A stretch of 64,000 bases of DNA from Macrostomum lignano (Eukaryota), in NCBI GenBank assembly GCA_002269645.1, contig NIVC01001252.1, positions 124,001 to 188,000 of the forward strand, written 5' to 3'. The stretch's first letter is position 1. Each line of letters begins with the position of its first letter. Below are positions 38,101-50,700 of the stretch, in pieces. The position numbers were made by a program, and so were the translations under genes. Below the pieces are notes generated by a model. That model had not been told where the DNA came from. It worked only from the letters and a program-made list of their open reading frames with translations, and searched no databases.

Positions 38101-41100
38101 GTCGCTGTGCAGTCCGACGTTAAAAAGCAGAAGGTGCTGCTTCATATCGTTTCATTTTTATGAATTGGGAGTGACGGATAGAGTGACAGTTTGAGTGAAA
38201 CTTAGTTAATGGTTAGAGTGAATCTAGAATGACCAATAGAGTGAATCTAGAAAGACCAAGAGTGAATCTAGAATGACAGATAGAGTGGCAGATAGAGTGA
38301 CAGATAGAGTGACAGATAGAGTGACAGATAGAGTGACAGATAGAGTGACAGATAGAGTGACAGATAGAGTGACAGCTAGAGTGACAGATAGAGTGACAGC
38401 TAGAGTGCTTTGGCCGATCATGTGAAGCTAGCATGGCAGACTAAATAGAAGCTCTCGAGTGCCGAATGCGATGAAGAAGGTATTGAAGAACTTTATTGAA
38501 ATCCGCAGGCGCAGCAGGCCAATCTGACCCTGATAGTCACGCTGTCATGCTTGCTGGCCCTGACAACAGTCGCCGCTGCCTCCATTCTAGTCATCGTGCG
38601 CCGGTGTGTAAAGCCGAAAAAGTGAGTTGCCTCATACAGTTTGCTTTCGGTTGCTAATGGGTTCCAGTTATTATCACAGGGAGTGAGTTGGCTGCAGGAG
38701 GGACTTGGGAAACAGGGAGTGAGGTGGGTGCATGAAAGGGGTGGGAAGAACAGGGAGTGAGGTGGGTGCATGAAAGGGGTGGGAGGAACAGGGAGTGAGG
38801 TGGGTGCATGAAAGGGGTGGGAAGAACAGGGAGTGAGGTGGGTGCATGAAAGTGGTGGGAAGAACAGGGAGTGAGGTGGGTGCATGAAAGGGGTGGGAGG
38901 AACAGGGAGTGAGGTGGGTGCAGGAGGGGGTTGGAGGAATAGGGAGTGAGGTGGGTGCAGGAGGGGGTTAGAGGAATAGGGAATGAGGTGGGTGCATGAA
39001 AGGGGTGGGACGAACAGGGAGTGAGGTGGGTGCAGGAGGGGGTTGGAGGAATAGGGAGTGAGGTGAGTTCATGAAGGGGTTGGGGGAACAGGGAATGAGG
39101 TGGGTGAAGGAGGGTTTGGAGGAACAGGGAGTGAGGTGGGTGAAGGAGGGTTTGGAGGAACAGGGAGTGAGGTGGGTGCATGAAGGGGTTGGAGGAACAG
39201 GTAGTGAGGTGGGTGCAGGAGGCGGTTGTGAGTTTTGCTCAATCAGGCCCTGAGCTGATCGAAGACCCAGCACAATCTGTCTCTCTCCCCCATAAGGCGA
39301 CCGAGCTGTCATAACCGGGCCCTGATCCCGCCCACGCACTCGATGGCTGTCGGCCTGCGAGACGCCGAGGCGGGCTCCGACCCGGCCTCTCCGCTGCAGC
39401 AGGACTTTGTCAACGGCTGCTACACCGTCCAGACGAGGCCGCTGCCGGCTCCCGGTGGCGTTGCCACTGCCACTGCAGTCGCCAGGGAGGCTCACCGCCC
39501 CGAATCGGACGTGTACGAAACCCCGGAGGAGCCTGCGCTGCTGTCCGGCGTGGCCGTCCCGCCGCCGCTGCCGGCCAGGGACAACCTGTCTGGGCAGTTC
39601 CAGCGAACTCCGCTATCAAGAAGCTTCAGCAAGCCGAATAAGTGATTGATGGAGATTTGGCAGACCGGCTGCTGAACCGGCTCGCTCGCATTGCATCATA
39701 TTAGCGCTTCATTCAAAGATCGCGATGTACTTTTATGCTCAAATTTGATTGGGTGAATATTAGCGCTTAATTCAAAGATCGCGAGATACTTTTATTCTGG
39801 CATTGCATTGGATGAATATTAGCGCAACACTCAAAGATCACGATGTACTTTTATTCTGGCATTGCATTGGATGAATATTAGCGCAACACTCAAAGATCAC
39901 GATGTACTTTTATTCTGGCATTGCATTGGATGAATATTAGCGCTTAATTCAAAGATCACAATGCGCTTTTCAAAGTTCAATTTAAATTTCGGCCTTCAAA
40001 TTTTATTTGCTGACAAATTGCTCATATTGATCATTGACCTTAGCTAATCAAAATTCGTTGGCCATTTTTCGTCAAGGTTAACTACTTTGTCTCGATTGTA
40101 CTCTGAGTAGTCTGTTTATTTCATTCCATTCTTTCTTGTCAGCATTCGCCCCAGTAGTTAGTCGGTATGGTATATGTACGTTGAAATATTAAAAAAAGGA
40201 ATTTGATTGTTAACAAACCTGTGTACATATTCGATAATGATTTAAATTTACAGATTTCTCACAGCTTATTCTGATTCTCACAAACTTCAACGAGTTTGAT
40301 GTCAATAAGCTGTATTCTGTTAAGTAAGTATAGATTGGTTGCAGCTGTGTGCTCAGAACTCCTCTCGATAACTGAATCCATAAAAATAATAAAAAATTAA
40401 ATCTGTTTATCAATGCAGGAAATGTCTATATCTATTGTTATTATTAATATTTTGTCAATAAATCTACTATGTGCATATTGCAATATTTTAAATGCAATTT
40501 TTGTTTATAGATGCGTGCAGTGTTTATTGCATTCTCATATGCCATCGATGGTGCTTTTCTGTTTGTTAAAAGTAAAAAAAAACTTTTTGTCATTTGTGTT
40601 GCCCAAGTTATAAATTAGCAATCCATTCTATTCCTTTATCCGCGTAGGCTATAGATTAGCAATCCATTCTATTCCTTTATCCGCGTAGGCTATAGATTAG
40701 CAATCCATTCTATTCCTTTATCCGCGTAGGCTATAGATTAGCAATCCATTCTATTCCTTTATCCGCGTAGGCTATAGATTAGCAATCCATTCTATTCCTT
40801 TATTCATGTAGCCTATAGATTAGCAATCCATTCTATTCCTTTATCCGTGTAGGCTATAGATTAGCAATCCATTCTAATCCTTTATCCATGTAGGCTAGCA
40901 ATCCATTATGTCCTTAAACTATGACGGCAATAAATGACTGATTCAAAATTGTACTTGTCAGTACATGAGTACAAAAAAACAAAGGAAAACTGACAGACCC
41001 ACTTACCGACAAACTCCGTGAAGGAATGCTCATACTCCAGATCCGTGTTGGATAAGTCAATGAGGCCGTAGGTGGACCAATACAGAGTCTGGGTGATCTC

Positions 41101-44100
41101 GAACAAGCTGCAGCATGGATAGAGGTGGGTCAAAAACAGTATTTTAACACTCATCATGCACTACTGTTAGTAGACGATTCTAAGTAGTGTCAGAAAGTTC
41201 TCAGAATGCTTTCGAAGACACGACTTGAAAGCAAATTTGGGGTTTGCCAAAAATTCTCCGAGCGCAGCTGATTCTGCAAGAAGATTGTCTGCAGGGGGGG
41301 GGGCAGAGAGAAGCTGGGAAACAGAGAGATGAAGAGGCCCAGATAAAAGTGGCTTCTGGGGGGCTTTTTCGAAGCCTACCACCTCTTCTTCTCTCCAGAG
41401 TCATGGAGACCGGGAACCAGAACCTGGATTACCGACCCCTACCTGGACCTTCATCATTCTAAAGATGGAATTTATTATAACTTTTGGTTTTGTTTGAAAC
41501 AATTTCTTTCAAATTTGGGTCTCATTGTTAAGTCTAGGAGGTGGGGGTCGGCGAACTCCGGCCCGCGGCCTGTGGGCCTCTCTATCCGGCCCTCGGATCC
41601 TTTGAAATTTTACAATAGCAATCCGGCCCGCTCAAGGTTTGTGTCTCTTCTCAGCTCTCTTATCTCTTATCTTATCTCCTCTCCTCTCCTCTCCTCTCCT
41701 CTCCTCTCCTCTCCTCTCCTCTCTTCTCCTCTCCTCTCTTCTCCTCTCTTCTCTTCTCCTCTCCTCTCCTCTCCTCTCCTCTCCTCTCCTCTCCTCTCCT
41801 CTCCTCTCCTTTCCTCTCCTCTCCTCTCCTCTCCTCTCCTCTCCTCTCCTCTCCTCTCCTCTCCTCCCTCCTCCTCTCCTCTCCTCTCCTCTCCTCTCCT
41901 CTCCTCTCCTCTCTCCTCCTCTCCTCCCTCCTTTCCTCTCTCCTCCTCTCTCCTCTCTCCTCCTCCCACTGTCACGCAGCCATGAGCTAGATTTGCATTT
42001 GGCATTTGAGTTTCCCATCCCTGTGCTAGACTCTCGACACAAAATGTAAACAACAACCGTTTGTCGGTACATTAAGGAACTGCGGTCAAACCTGAAACTA
42101 TCTGAAAGTGGGGATTAATTTAGGGAAAAGTGTTTCTTGGCCTCCATGGCCTGCGGGCTCGCCGGTAAACTTAGAATTTGTCACAGCTTCAACGCATACA
42201 GAAGTTTCCCTGCCGTTGGTTGTTTGCAGTGGCCACAGAGGCAGCCGCAGACCCACTGCAACCACGCGGAACACACGCAGCGCAAGGACTGGGGGTGTTG
42301 ATAGACAAAAAGTTCACTACCGCAGCCTGCAGAATCTCCTTCTTTCTCCTCTGCTAGCAGCAGATTTTCAACAAATTCTCTTCCGCTAAACAGCCGCCCA
42401 GCTGGACGGGAAAAGTGCTAATCTGTCACGACATTTATGAGAGCATCATCAATAGCCGAAATGGAAGAATTTGGGAAATTATCCCTCCTTTTTCGATTCC
42501 TAATATAGTGATTTTCAATACATATCGGAAGTGCCCCAGGGAAGAGTTTGAGACTTGGAAACCGCTTGGGAACAACGGTGACTGCCAATACTGTTAATAA
42601 CCTGATGTTCTCTTTACCAATTGGAGGGAAATTTGTTTGGTGATTGCGTCTGATGTTCGCACTCTTATTCATCTCCCTCTCCCTCTCCCTCTCCCTCTCC
42701 CTCTCCTCTCCTTCTCCCTCTCCCTCTCCCTCTCCCTCTCCCTCTCGCTCTCCCCCCTCTCTCTCTCCCTCTCTGTCTACCTCCCTCTACCTCTCCTTCT
42801 CCCTCTTCACCTCCCTCTCCCTCTCCCTCTCCCTCTCCCTCTCCCTCTCCCTCTTCACCTCCCTCTCCCTCTTCACCTCCCTCTCCCTCTCCATCTCCCT
42901 CTCCCTCTCCCTCTCCCTCTCCCTCTCCCTCTCCCTCTCCCTCTTCACCTCCCTCTCCCTCTTCACCTCCCTCTCCCTCTCCCTCTTCACCTCCCTCTCC
43001 CTCTTCACCTCCCTCTCCCTCTCCCTCTTCACCTCCCTCTCCCTCTTCACCTCCCTCTCCCTCTCCCTCTTCACCTCCCTCTCCCTCTTCACCTCCCTCT
43101 CCCTCTTCACCTCCCTCTCCCTCTCCCTCTCCGTCTACCTCCCTCTCCCTCTCTCTCCCCCTCTCCCTCTTCATCTCCCTTTTCCTCTGCCTCTCCGTCT
43201 ACCCCTTCCTTTCCCTTTCCCTCTGCCTCTTCCTTTTCATCTCCCTCTCCCTCTCCTCTCCCCCTGGATCTCTCTCCCTCTTCCTCTCCGCAATCTCCTT
43301 CTCCATCTCCCTGATGAAACCTTCCACTCCACCTGCATCTCACTCCCCCCAAAGGCTCACTTTGAGAAGGTGCGGCCTCTCGTGACGCAGTACTGATACT
43401 TCTCCAGATCGGAGCCGGTGATGCCGAAGCCCAGTTTCACATCTTTACAATACTTGTTCCTCTCGTACGCATAGAACCAATAGAGCTGGTTGAAGCCGCA
43501 AGCGAAGCTGCTGAGCACTAGCACAACTACAAATAGAAATTTGAGTATGTCCGACAGCATCCGGCCTAATGAGATCTGCAGCGGGCCCAGGTGCGGGTTC
43601 ACCGTGAAGATGTACACCAATTTGAGCATGGAGAATATGTTGGCCGTGGCGAACAGGCACTCAGAGATCAGGGTGGGGTCGTACGCGTCCCAGTACTGTC
43701 GGTGAATATTAGCCAGGTTGCCGTCCTGCCGCACCTGCCAACGGCCGTTTTAATAGGGATGGCTTCGAATGAGATTCCAACGGTTAGCTGAGGCTTGGTG
43801 ACAGGCTTTAAGAGAGAGAGAGAGAGAGAGAGTAGAATAGCTAGTGTGTGGGGAAAATGCAGATTGGGGGAAAGAGAGTGAGAAGTAGAGAGTGAAAGAA
43901 GAGGGGAAGGGGAAGAGAGGTAGGAGATAGGGAGCGAGTGAGAGGGAGAGGGTGAGAGGGGAGGGTGAGAGGGAGAGGGTGAAAGGGAGAGGGTGAGAGG
44001 GAGAGGGTGAGAGGGAGAGGGTGAGGGAGAGGGTGAGAGGGAGAAGGTGAGAGGGAGAGGGTGAGGGTGAGAGGGTGAGAGGGATAGGGTGAGAGGGAGC

Positions 44101-47100
44101 GGGTGAGAGGGAGAGGGTGAGAGGGAGAGAGTGAGAGGGAGAGGGTGAGAGGGAGAGGGTGAGAGGGATAGGGTGAGAGGGAGCGGGTGAGAGGGAGAGG
44201 GTGAGAGGGAGAGGGTGAGGGTGAGAGGGTGAGAGGGATAGGGTGAGAGGGAGCGGGTGAGAGGGAGAGGGTGAGAGGGAGAGGGTGAGAGGGAGAGGGT
44301 GAGAGGGAGAGGGTGAGAGGGAGAGGGTGAGAGGGAGAGGGTGAGAGGGAGAGGGTGAGAGGGAGAGAGTGAGAGGGAGAGGGTGAGAGGGTGAGGGTGA
44401 GAGGGTGAGAGGGATAGGGTGAGAGGGAGCGGGTGAGAGGGAGAGGGTGAGAGGGAGAGGGTGAGAGGGAGAGAGTGAGAGGGAGAGGGTGAGAGGGAGA
44501 GGGTGAGAGGGAGAGAGTGAGAGAGAGAGGGTGAGAGGGAGAGGGTGAGAGGGAGAGGGTGAGAGGGAGAGGGTGAGAGGGAGAGAGTGAGAGGGAGAGG
44601 GTGAGAGGGAGAGAAGCGAGTAGAGACAAGAAGAGAAAGGGGGGAGAGCAATCAGTCATTCTGGTGCACGCAGTGAGAGCACAGCATTGGCAGCACTCTA
44701 CAAACAGAAGCAGTCTGCTGCACAACAGACCCGGTACCAGGCGACGCCCCTCAGCGTGATGGTGGCAATGTAGAGCGCATTGGTGGCGAAGTCCAGCAGG
44801 TTCCACATGTCGGTAACATAAGCCTTGGCGCCCTCGTTCCACAGCTGCTTGATCTCCTGCCAGACAAAGCCTGCGGGTGGCGGGAGTAAGCGCGCGTATC
44901 TGCAGGGGGCGCACACTGTTGCTTTGTCCTTAAATAAATACTTTAAAACACTTGTTTTGTTCAAGATGGTCAGCTGATACCCTTGCCAAGAAGCTTAGCA
45001 GTATCATGACCCTGGTGAAACTGAAAAAATCTAAATTAGCCAAAATTAGTTTGACAGGCTAGGGGGGTCAAAAAAGGGGTGGGTTGACCACCAGAAAAAA
45101 TTCTATAGATTCGCCTCCGTTTTATATAATTTTAACTTACGCTCGTAGTTTTAAAAAAACTCAATGAAATGCCAAAATACTTTGTGAACAAGTCGATAGG
45201 TTTAGTTGCTTTCACAAGCTCAAAACTTCTCAAACTCAAATCTTCTCAAGCTTAAATCTTCTCATACTCAAATCTTCTCAAGCTCAAATCTTCTCAAGCT
45301 CGAAACTTCTCAAGCTCAAATCTTCTCAAGCTCAAATCTTCTCAAGCTCGAAACTTCTCAAGCTCAAATCTTCTCAAGCTCGAAACTTCTCAAGCTCGAA
45401 ACTTCTCAAGCTCAAATCTTCTCAAGCTCGAAACTTCTCAAGCTCGAAACTTCTCAAGCTCAAAACTTCTCAAGCTCGAAATTTCTCAAGCTCGAAAGTT
45501 CTCAAGTTCGAGTCTTTACATCGCTGAAAAGTACAGTCCGAATACAGTAACTTTGGCTGCTTCCATCTGCCAGTGAAAAATTTGCGCCAATATTTTACGA
45601 GCGACGCGCACCCGCTTCCATTCTGCTCCATCATAAATATTTGGCTTCTCAGACTGACAGATCCATCTGCCATCTTTTAAAAACCATGATTGATTCGATT
45701 CAATAAATAACTTATTTCACTTTATTCGATTTATAATTTCCATACAGCCTTCCGCTGGTAATGCTTCGCTTATTCCAACATTTTCTTCTTGAGAATTTTC
45801 CTGCGTGTCGGATATCGAATAATTAATTGCCATGGGAATCGGCCGAGACGGAATGGCCAGAAATGAATCAAAGATAGAGAGATGGAGGCTGGGATTTAAA
45901 AATCGCCAAAAATAGGGAACGCACGCCCGCTGGGAGAGAGAAAACTATCGACTGCTAGCAATCCAACTTCTGACTTTCTGGGAAATGAGAATTAAAAGTG
46001 ATTATCGCCGACGGCGCCTGGATGAAGGGGGTTTAGAGGGAAGGGATCAACAGGCTGGGGGCTTGGGGAGAGGAAGCGAGCACGGATTTTACCCTTGAGA
46101 TTCTCTGGCGACCCAGTGAGGATTAAACAGAGCCAACTGCAGTCGGCTTTTATAGAGATTTAAACTCCGCAGGGTTCCTGTTTATTTCCATGGGTATGCG
46201 ATGGCGAAATAGATTGCTGGGATTCTCCTCTCTTCACCCCCTCTGGCCCCTCCCGCAGTCTCTTCACCCCCTCTGGCCTCTCCCACAGTCTTCACCCCCT
46301 CTGGCCTCTCCCACAGTCTCTTCACCCCCTCTGGCCCCTCCCGCAGTCTCTTCACCCCCTCTGGCCTCTCCCACAGTCTCTTCACCCCCTCTGGCCTCTC
46401 CCACAGTCTCTTTACCCCCTCTGGCCTTTCCCACAGTCTCTTCACCCCCTCTGGCCCCTCCCGCAGTCTCTTCACCCCCTCTGGCCTCTCCCACAGTCTC
46501 TTCACCCCCTCTGGCCTCTCCCACAGTCTCTTCACCCCCTCTGGCCCCTCCCACAGTCTCTTCACCCCCTCTGGCCCCTCCCGCAGTCTCTTCACCCCCT
46601 CTGGCCTCTCCCACAGTCTCTTCACCCCCTCTGGCCTCTCCCACAGTCTCTTCACCCCCTCTGGCCTCTCCCACAGTCTCTTCACCCCCTCTGGCCCCTC
46701 CCGCAGTCTCTTCACCCCCTCTGGCCTCTCCCACAGTCTCTTTACCCCCTCTGGCCCCTCCCGCAGTCTCTTCACCCCCTCTGGCCTCTCCCACAGTCTC
46801 TTTACCCCCTCTGGCCTTTCCCACAGTCTCTTCACCCCCTCTGGCCTCTCCCACAGTCTCTTTACCCCCTCTGGCCCCTCTTGCAGTCTCTCTACCCCAT
46901 CTGGCCGCTCCCCTCCCCAACCTTCCTCCTCTCTCTCCCCTCGATCCCACACCAGCCCCAGTCTCCTGCTCAGCAAATTGAATTTCTCCTATTTCTTTAA
47001 GCCACTTTCCCCTCAGATTTCTCCCGTTTCACTTGACCGCCAGCTTCTCCTCCCAGCGCCTTTTCTTACCCCAAAGTTTGCCAGTGCATTTAAACTCCAC

Positions 47101-47657
47101 ATTAATTGGAAGCAGAAAGGCGTTCCTTCCTTTTAATTTTAAGCTCGCTTGTGTGCTGTCCTCCTCCGCCAGTGTTTCTTCCGCTGTAGAGAATAGGCTA
47201 AGGGAGGCTTTTTTAGTTGAAGGCCTTTGGTCGAATTTTTTTTGGTCGGTTTTGGGGGAGTTCAGGAGAGGAGACGGGACAGAGGAGAGAGCAAGTGGAG
47301 CGAAACAGAAGAAGTCTTGAGTAGTAAATCCGGCGCATTCTCCCTCGCCTGCTTAACTCAGATACCCGTACGAAACGGACAGAAAATGCAGCTCTCGTGT
47401 CGCCTGGGTGGTTAACTTTCAAGCCCCCCCCTGCCGCCTGCTCAGCCAATAATTGCCGAAAATTTTATTGCCTCTGAATTGACTTTTTATATGCTACAGT
47501 GCTGTAAGACCTACAGAAGAACTCTGCTGACAATAAGCTGAAACTGGGGTTGATGTTCCTTTCTTCAATTTCCTTCACTTCTCTCTCTTCATCAGGGAAT
47601 TCGGGCAGATGAAAGCTCTCGCCCCTATGTTTTCTTTACACATTTCCTTACCTCTCT

Positions 47658-47731
<74 letters not shown>

Positions 47732-50700
47732 TTTCCCTCTACTTCTCTCTCTCTCTCTCCATCTCCCTCTACTTCTCACTCTCTCCATTTCCCCTCTACT
47801 CCTCTCTCTCTGTTTCCCCTCTACTTCTCTTTCTCTTTTTCCCCTCTACTTCTCTCTCTCCGTTTCCCCTCTACTTCTCTCTCTCTCTATTTCCCCTCTA
47901 CTTCTCTCTCTCCGTTTCCCCTCTACTTCTCTCTCTCTATTTCCTCTCTACTTCTCTCCCTCTATCTCACCTCTACTCTCTCCGTCTTTTTCTTAACTCT
48001 CTCCCTCTCTACCGCTATATCTTAACTTGTAATTTTCAGCCTCCTAAAGCCGCTGAATAACCGGGCAGGATTGCACAGCGGACCGACCATCACTAAAAGT
48101 CTGACTTGGCCCCATCTCCTAATAGAGAACTGCGGTTGCTAGCAGGACAGGCCGGCAGGCGAGCCTTCAGGCTACGCCGGGGATCCGGGATCAATCCATG
48201 CCGTCTCCCCCCCCCATATTCCCGACGTAGCGGCCTGAACTCGCCCCAAAACTGACATATACTATCAAAATCTCCATTCCGACAAATGAGAATTCCCAGG
48301 CTCATATTCTCCCTGCCTGCCAGCTGGCTGTGTGCATTGCTAGAGGAGCCCCGAGGGCTGAATGAGAGAGTGATGGGGGAAGAGTGGGTGCGAACGGGAC
48401 CGACTTCTCTCTCTCTCTCTCTCTTTCTCTTGCTCAAGCACTTGTGAATAAGAGCATAATCCCATGACCGACAGAGAGAGAGAGAGAGAGAGAAAAGTAT
48501 GGAGAATCAGGATTGTTAAACAGCCTCAATCCTGAGTCCATATTGATTTGGATTTGGCCTGATAGAGTTTAAATTGGAGCGAATGAGAATGAGCATCTCT
48601 TCCTGTAGAACAGCCGGGCCAGTCGGGCAACTCACCCATCACGTAGGTGACGATGATGAGCTCCACTGCCGAGGGCCCGGCGCCTCTCTCCTTCATTTTC
48701 AACTCCATAGTGTCGAATAGGAGGTCCTCGACTCGAATCGCGGCCAAAACCAGAAAACCTAATTTCAGGTGTTATTGAGGGGAAATTGATTGCACTAACC
48801 AATAAAATAATAATAGTAGCAATAATTGATTGCACCTGCCCCAATTAGGCCAGATGTGCAACCGACAGCTCAGCCGCAGCTATTGCGCGGCGCATCTGAG
48901 GGCTGAGTACGGCTGTTCAGTCCAAGGACTGGGGGGTCGCCACACACAGCCTCAATTACCCCAGCTAATGCTGGCACCTATTTTACAGCTGGGTGAACTG
49001 AAGCAATGCAGAGTTAAGTGTCTTGCTCAAGGACACAATTTGTTCCGAGTGAGTCGAGAATCGAACCCCCGACCTTTCAGTCGTGAGTCCGATGCTCTAA
49101 CCACTAGGCTACAACCCTAGTAAAGAAACAAGGAGTAAAGTAATATACAGGTTAAAATTATTAATAACCAAAAATATAGAGGCCAAACATTAGGGAAGGT
49201 CAAAGAAGGTCAGTAGCCCCCCCCTCAGACTGAAAATGGTTAGTCACGTGACGCTAAAATATTGATTTGCTAATACAAATACAAATCTAACAGGACAAAA
49301 CACACGGAGCCGGTCCTCACCCAGAAACAGCAGGTAGGAGGCGCTGTGACAGATGAACTTTATGAAGGGCTTCCGCATTTTCTGGCCCATCTCGGAATGC
49401 GGCGCCAGCAGGTACATGAACGCCAGAGCGGGGAAAATCCCGGCAAAGGTGGCAATCATGCCCATCTGCAGGATCAGGTGCTTGCGCCGGAAGCCGGGCA
49501 GACCGTCGTACCACAGCGCCGCCAGCAGCTGCTGGCAGTGCGGATGAGCCACGAACTGAGGGATCGGGTTTTGTGGCGGAGTTATTGGCGACACTCAAGT
49601 TGGCACCCACCTGACACTTAAGTTGGCACCCACCTGACACTTAAGTTGGCACCAACCTGACACTTAAGTTGGCACCCACCTGACACTTAAGTTGGCACCC
49701 ACCTGACACTTAAGTTGGCACCCACCTGACACTTAAGTTGGCACCCACCTGACACTTAAGTTGGCGCCCACCTGACACTCAAGTTGGCACCCACCTGACA
49801 CTTAAGTTGGCACCCACCTGACACTCAAGTTGGCACCCACCTGACACTCAAATTGGCGCCCACCTGACACTAAAATTGGCACCCACCTGACACTCAAATT
49901 AGCACCCACCTGACACTCAAATTGGCACCCACCTGACACTCAAATTGGCACCCACCTGACACTCAAATTGGCACCCACCTGACACTCAAGTTGGCACCCA
50001 CCTGACACTAAAATTGGCACCCACCTGACACTCAAGTTGGCACCCACCTGACACTCAAGTTGGCACCCACCTGACACTCAGGTTGGCACCTACCTGACAA
50101 TCAATTTGGCACCCATCTGACACTCAAATTGGCACCCACCTGACACTCAAGTTGGCACCCACCTGACACTCAAGTTGGCACCCAACTGACACTCAAGTTG
50201 GCACCCACCTGACACTCAAATTGGCGCCCACCTGACACTCAAGATGGCACCCACCTGACACTCAAATTGGCACCCACCTGACACTCAAGTTGGCACCCAC
50301 CTGACACTAAAATTGGCACCCACCTGACACTCAAGTTGGCACCCACCTGACACTCAAGTTGGCACCCACCTGACACTCAGGTTGGCACCTACCTGACACT
50401 TAGGTTGGCACCTACCTGACAATCAATTTGGCACTCCCTGACACTCACGCGCCATGCTGGCATCCCTAGCTGGAGTTGGCGCCCCTAGCAAGATTATTCA
50501 CTCCAGCTTCCACATCCCCATCTCCTTGTCTCAGTCCAGATTACTTATAAGCCCACTTATGAGCCAACAGAGTGCTTCAACTCCGTATATGGATGGGACA
50601 AGCGGAGACGCTGTTTACGCTCCATCTCCATCTCCATCTCCATCTTCCTGTTGACGATTGGTCCAATTTGGTCAACAGGCGCGCTAAACAGCTCCACCGA

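Noticed and set aside
45215-45510. Heat-shock element array (GAAACTTC in each 16-bp unit)
   Set aside because: Only two inverted nGAAn units per repeat; a canonical HSE needs three contiguous units.
49040-49117. Functional tRNA gene
   Set aside because: A and B boxes are present, but the acceptor stem is missing and the anticodon stem is imperfect; interpreted as a SINE head.
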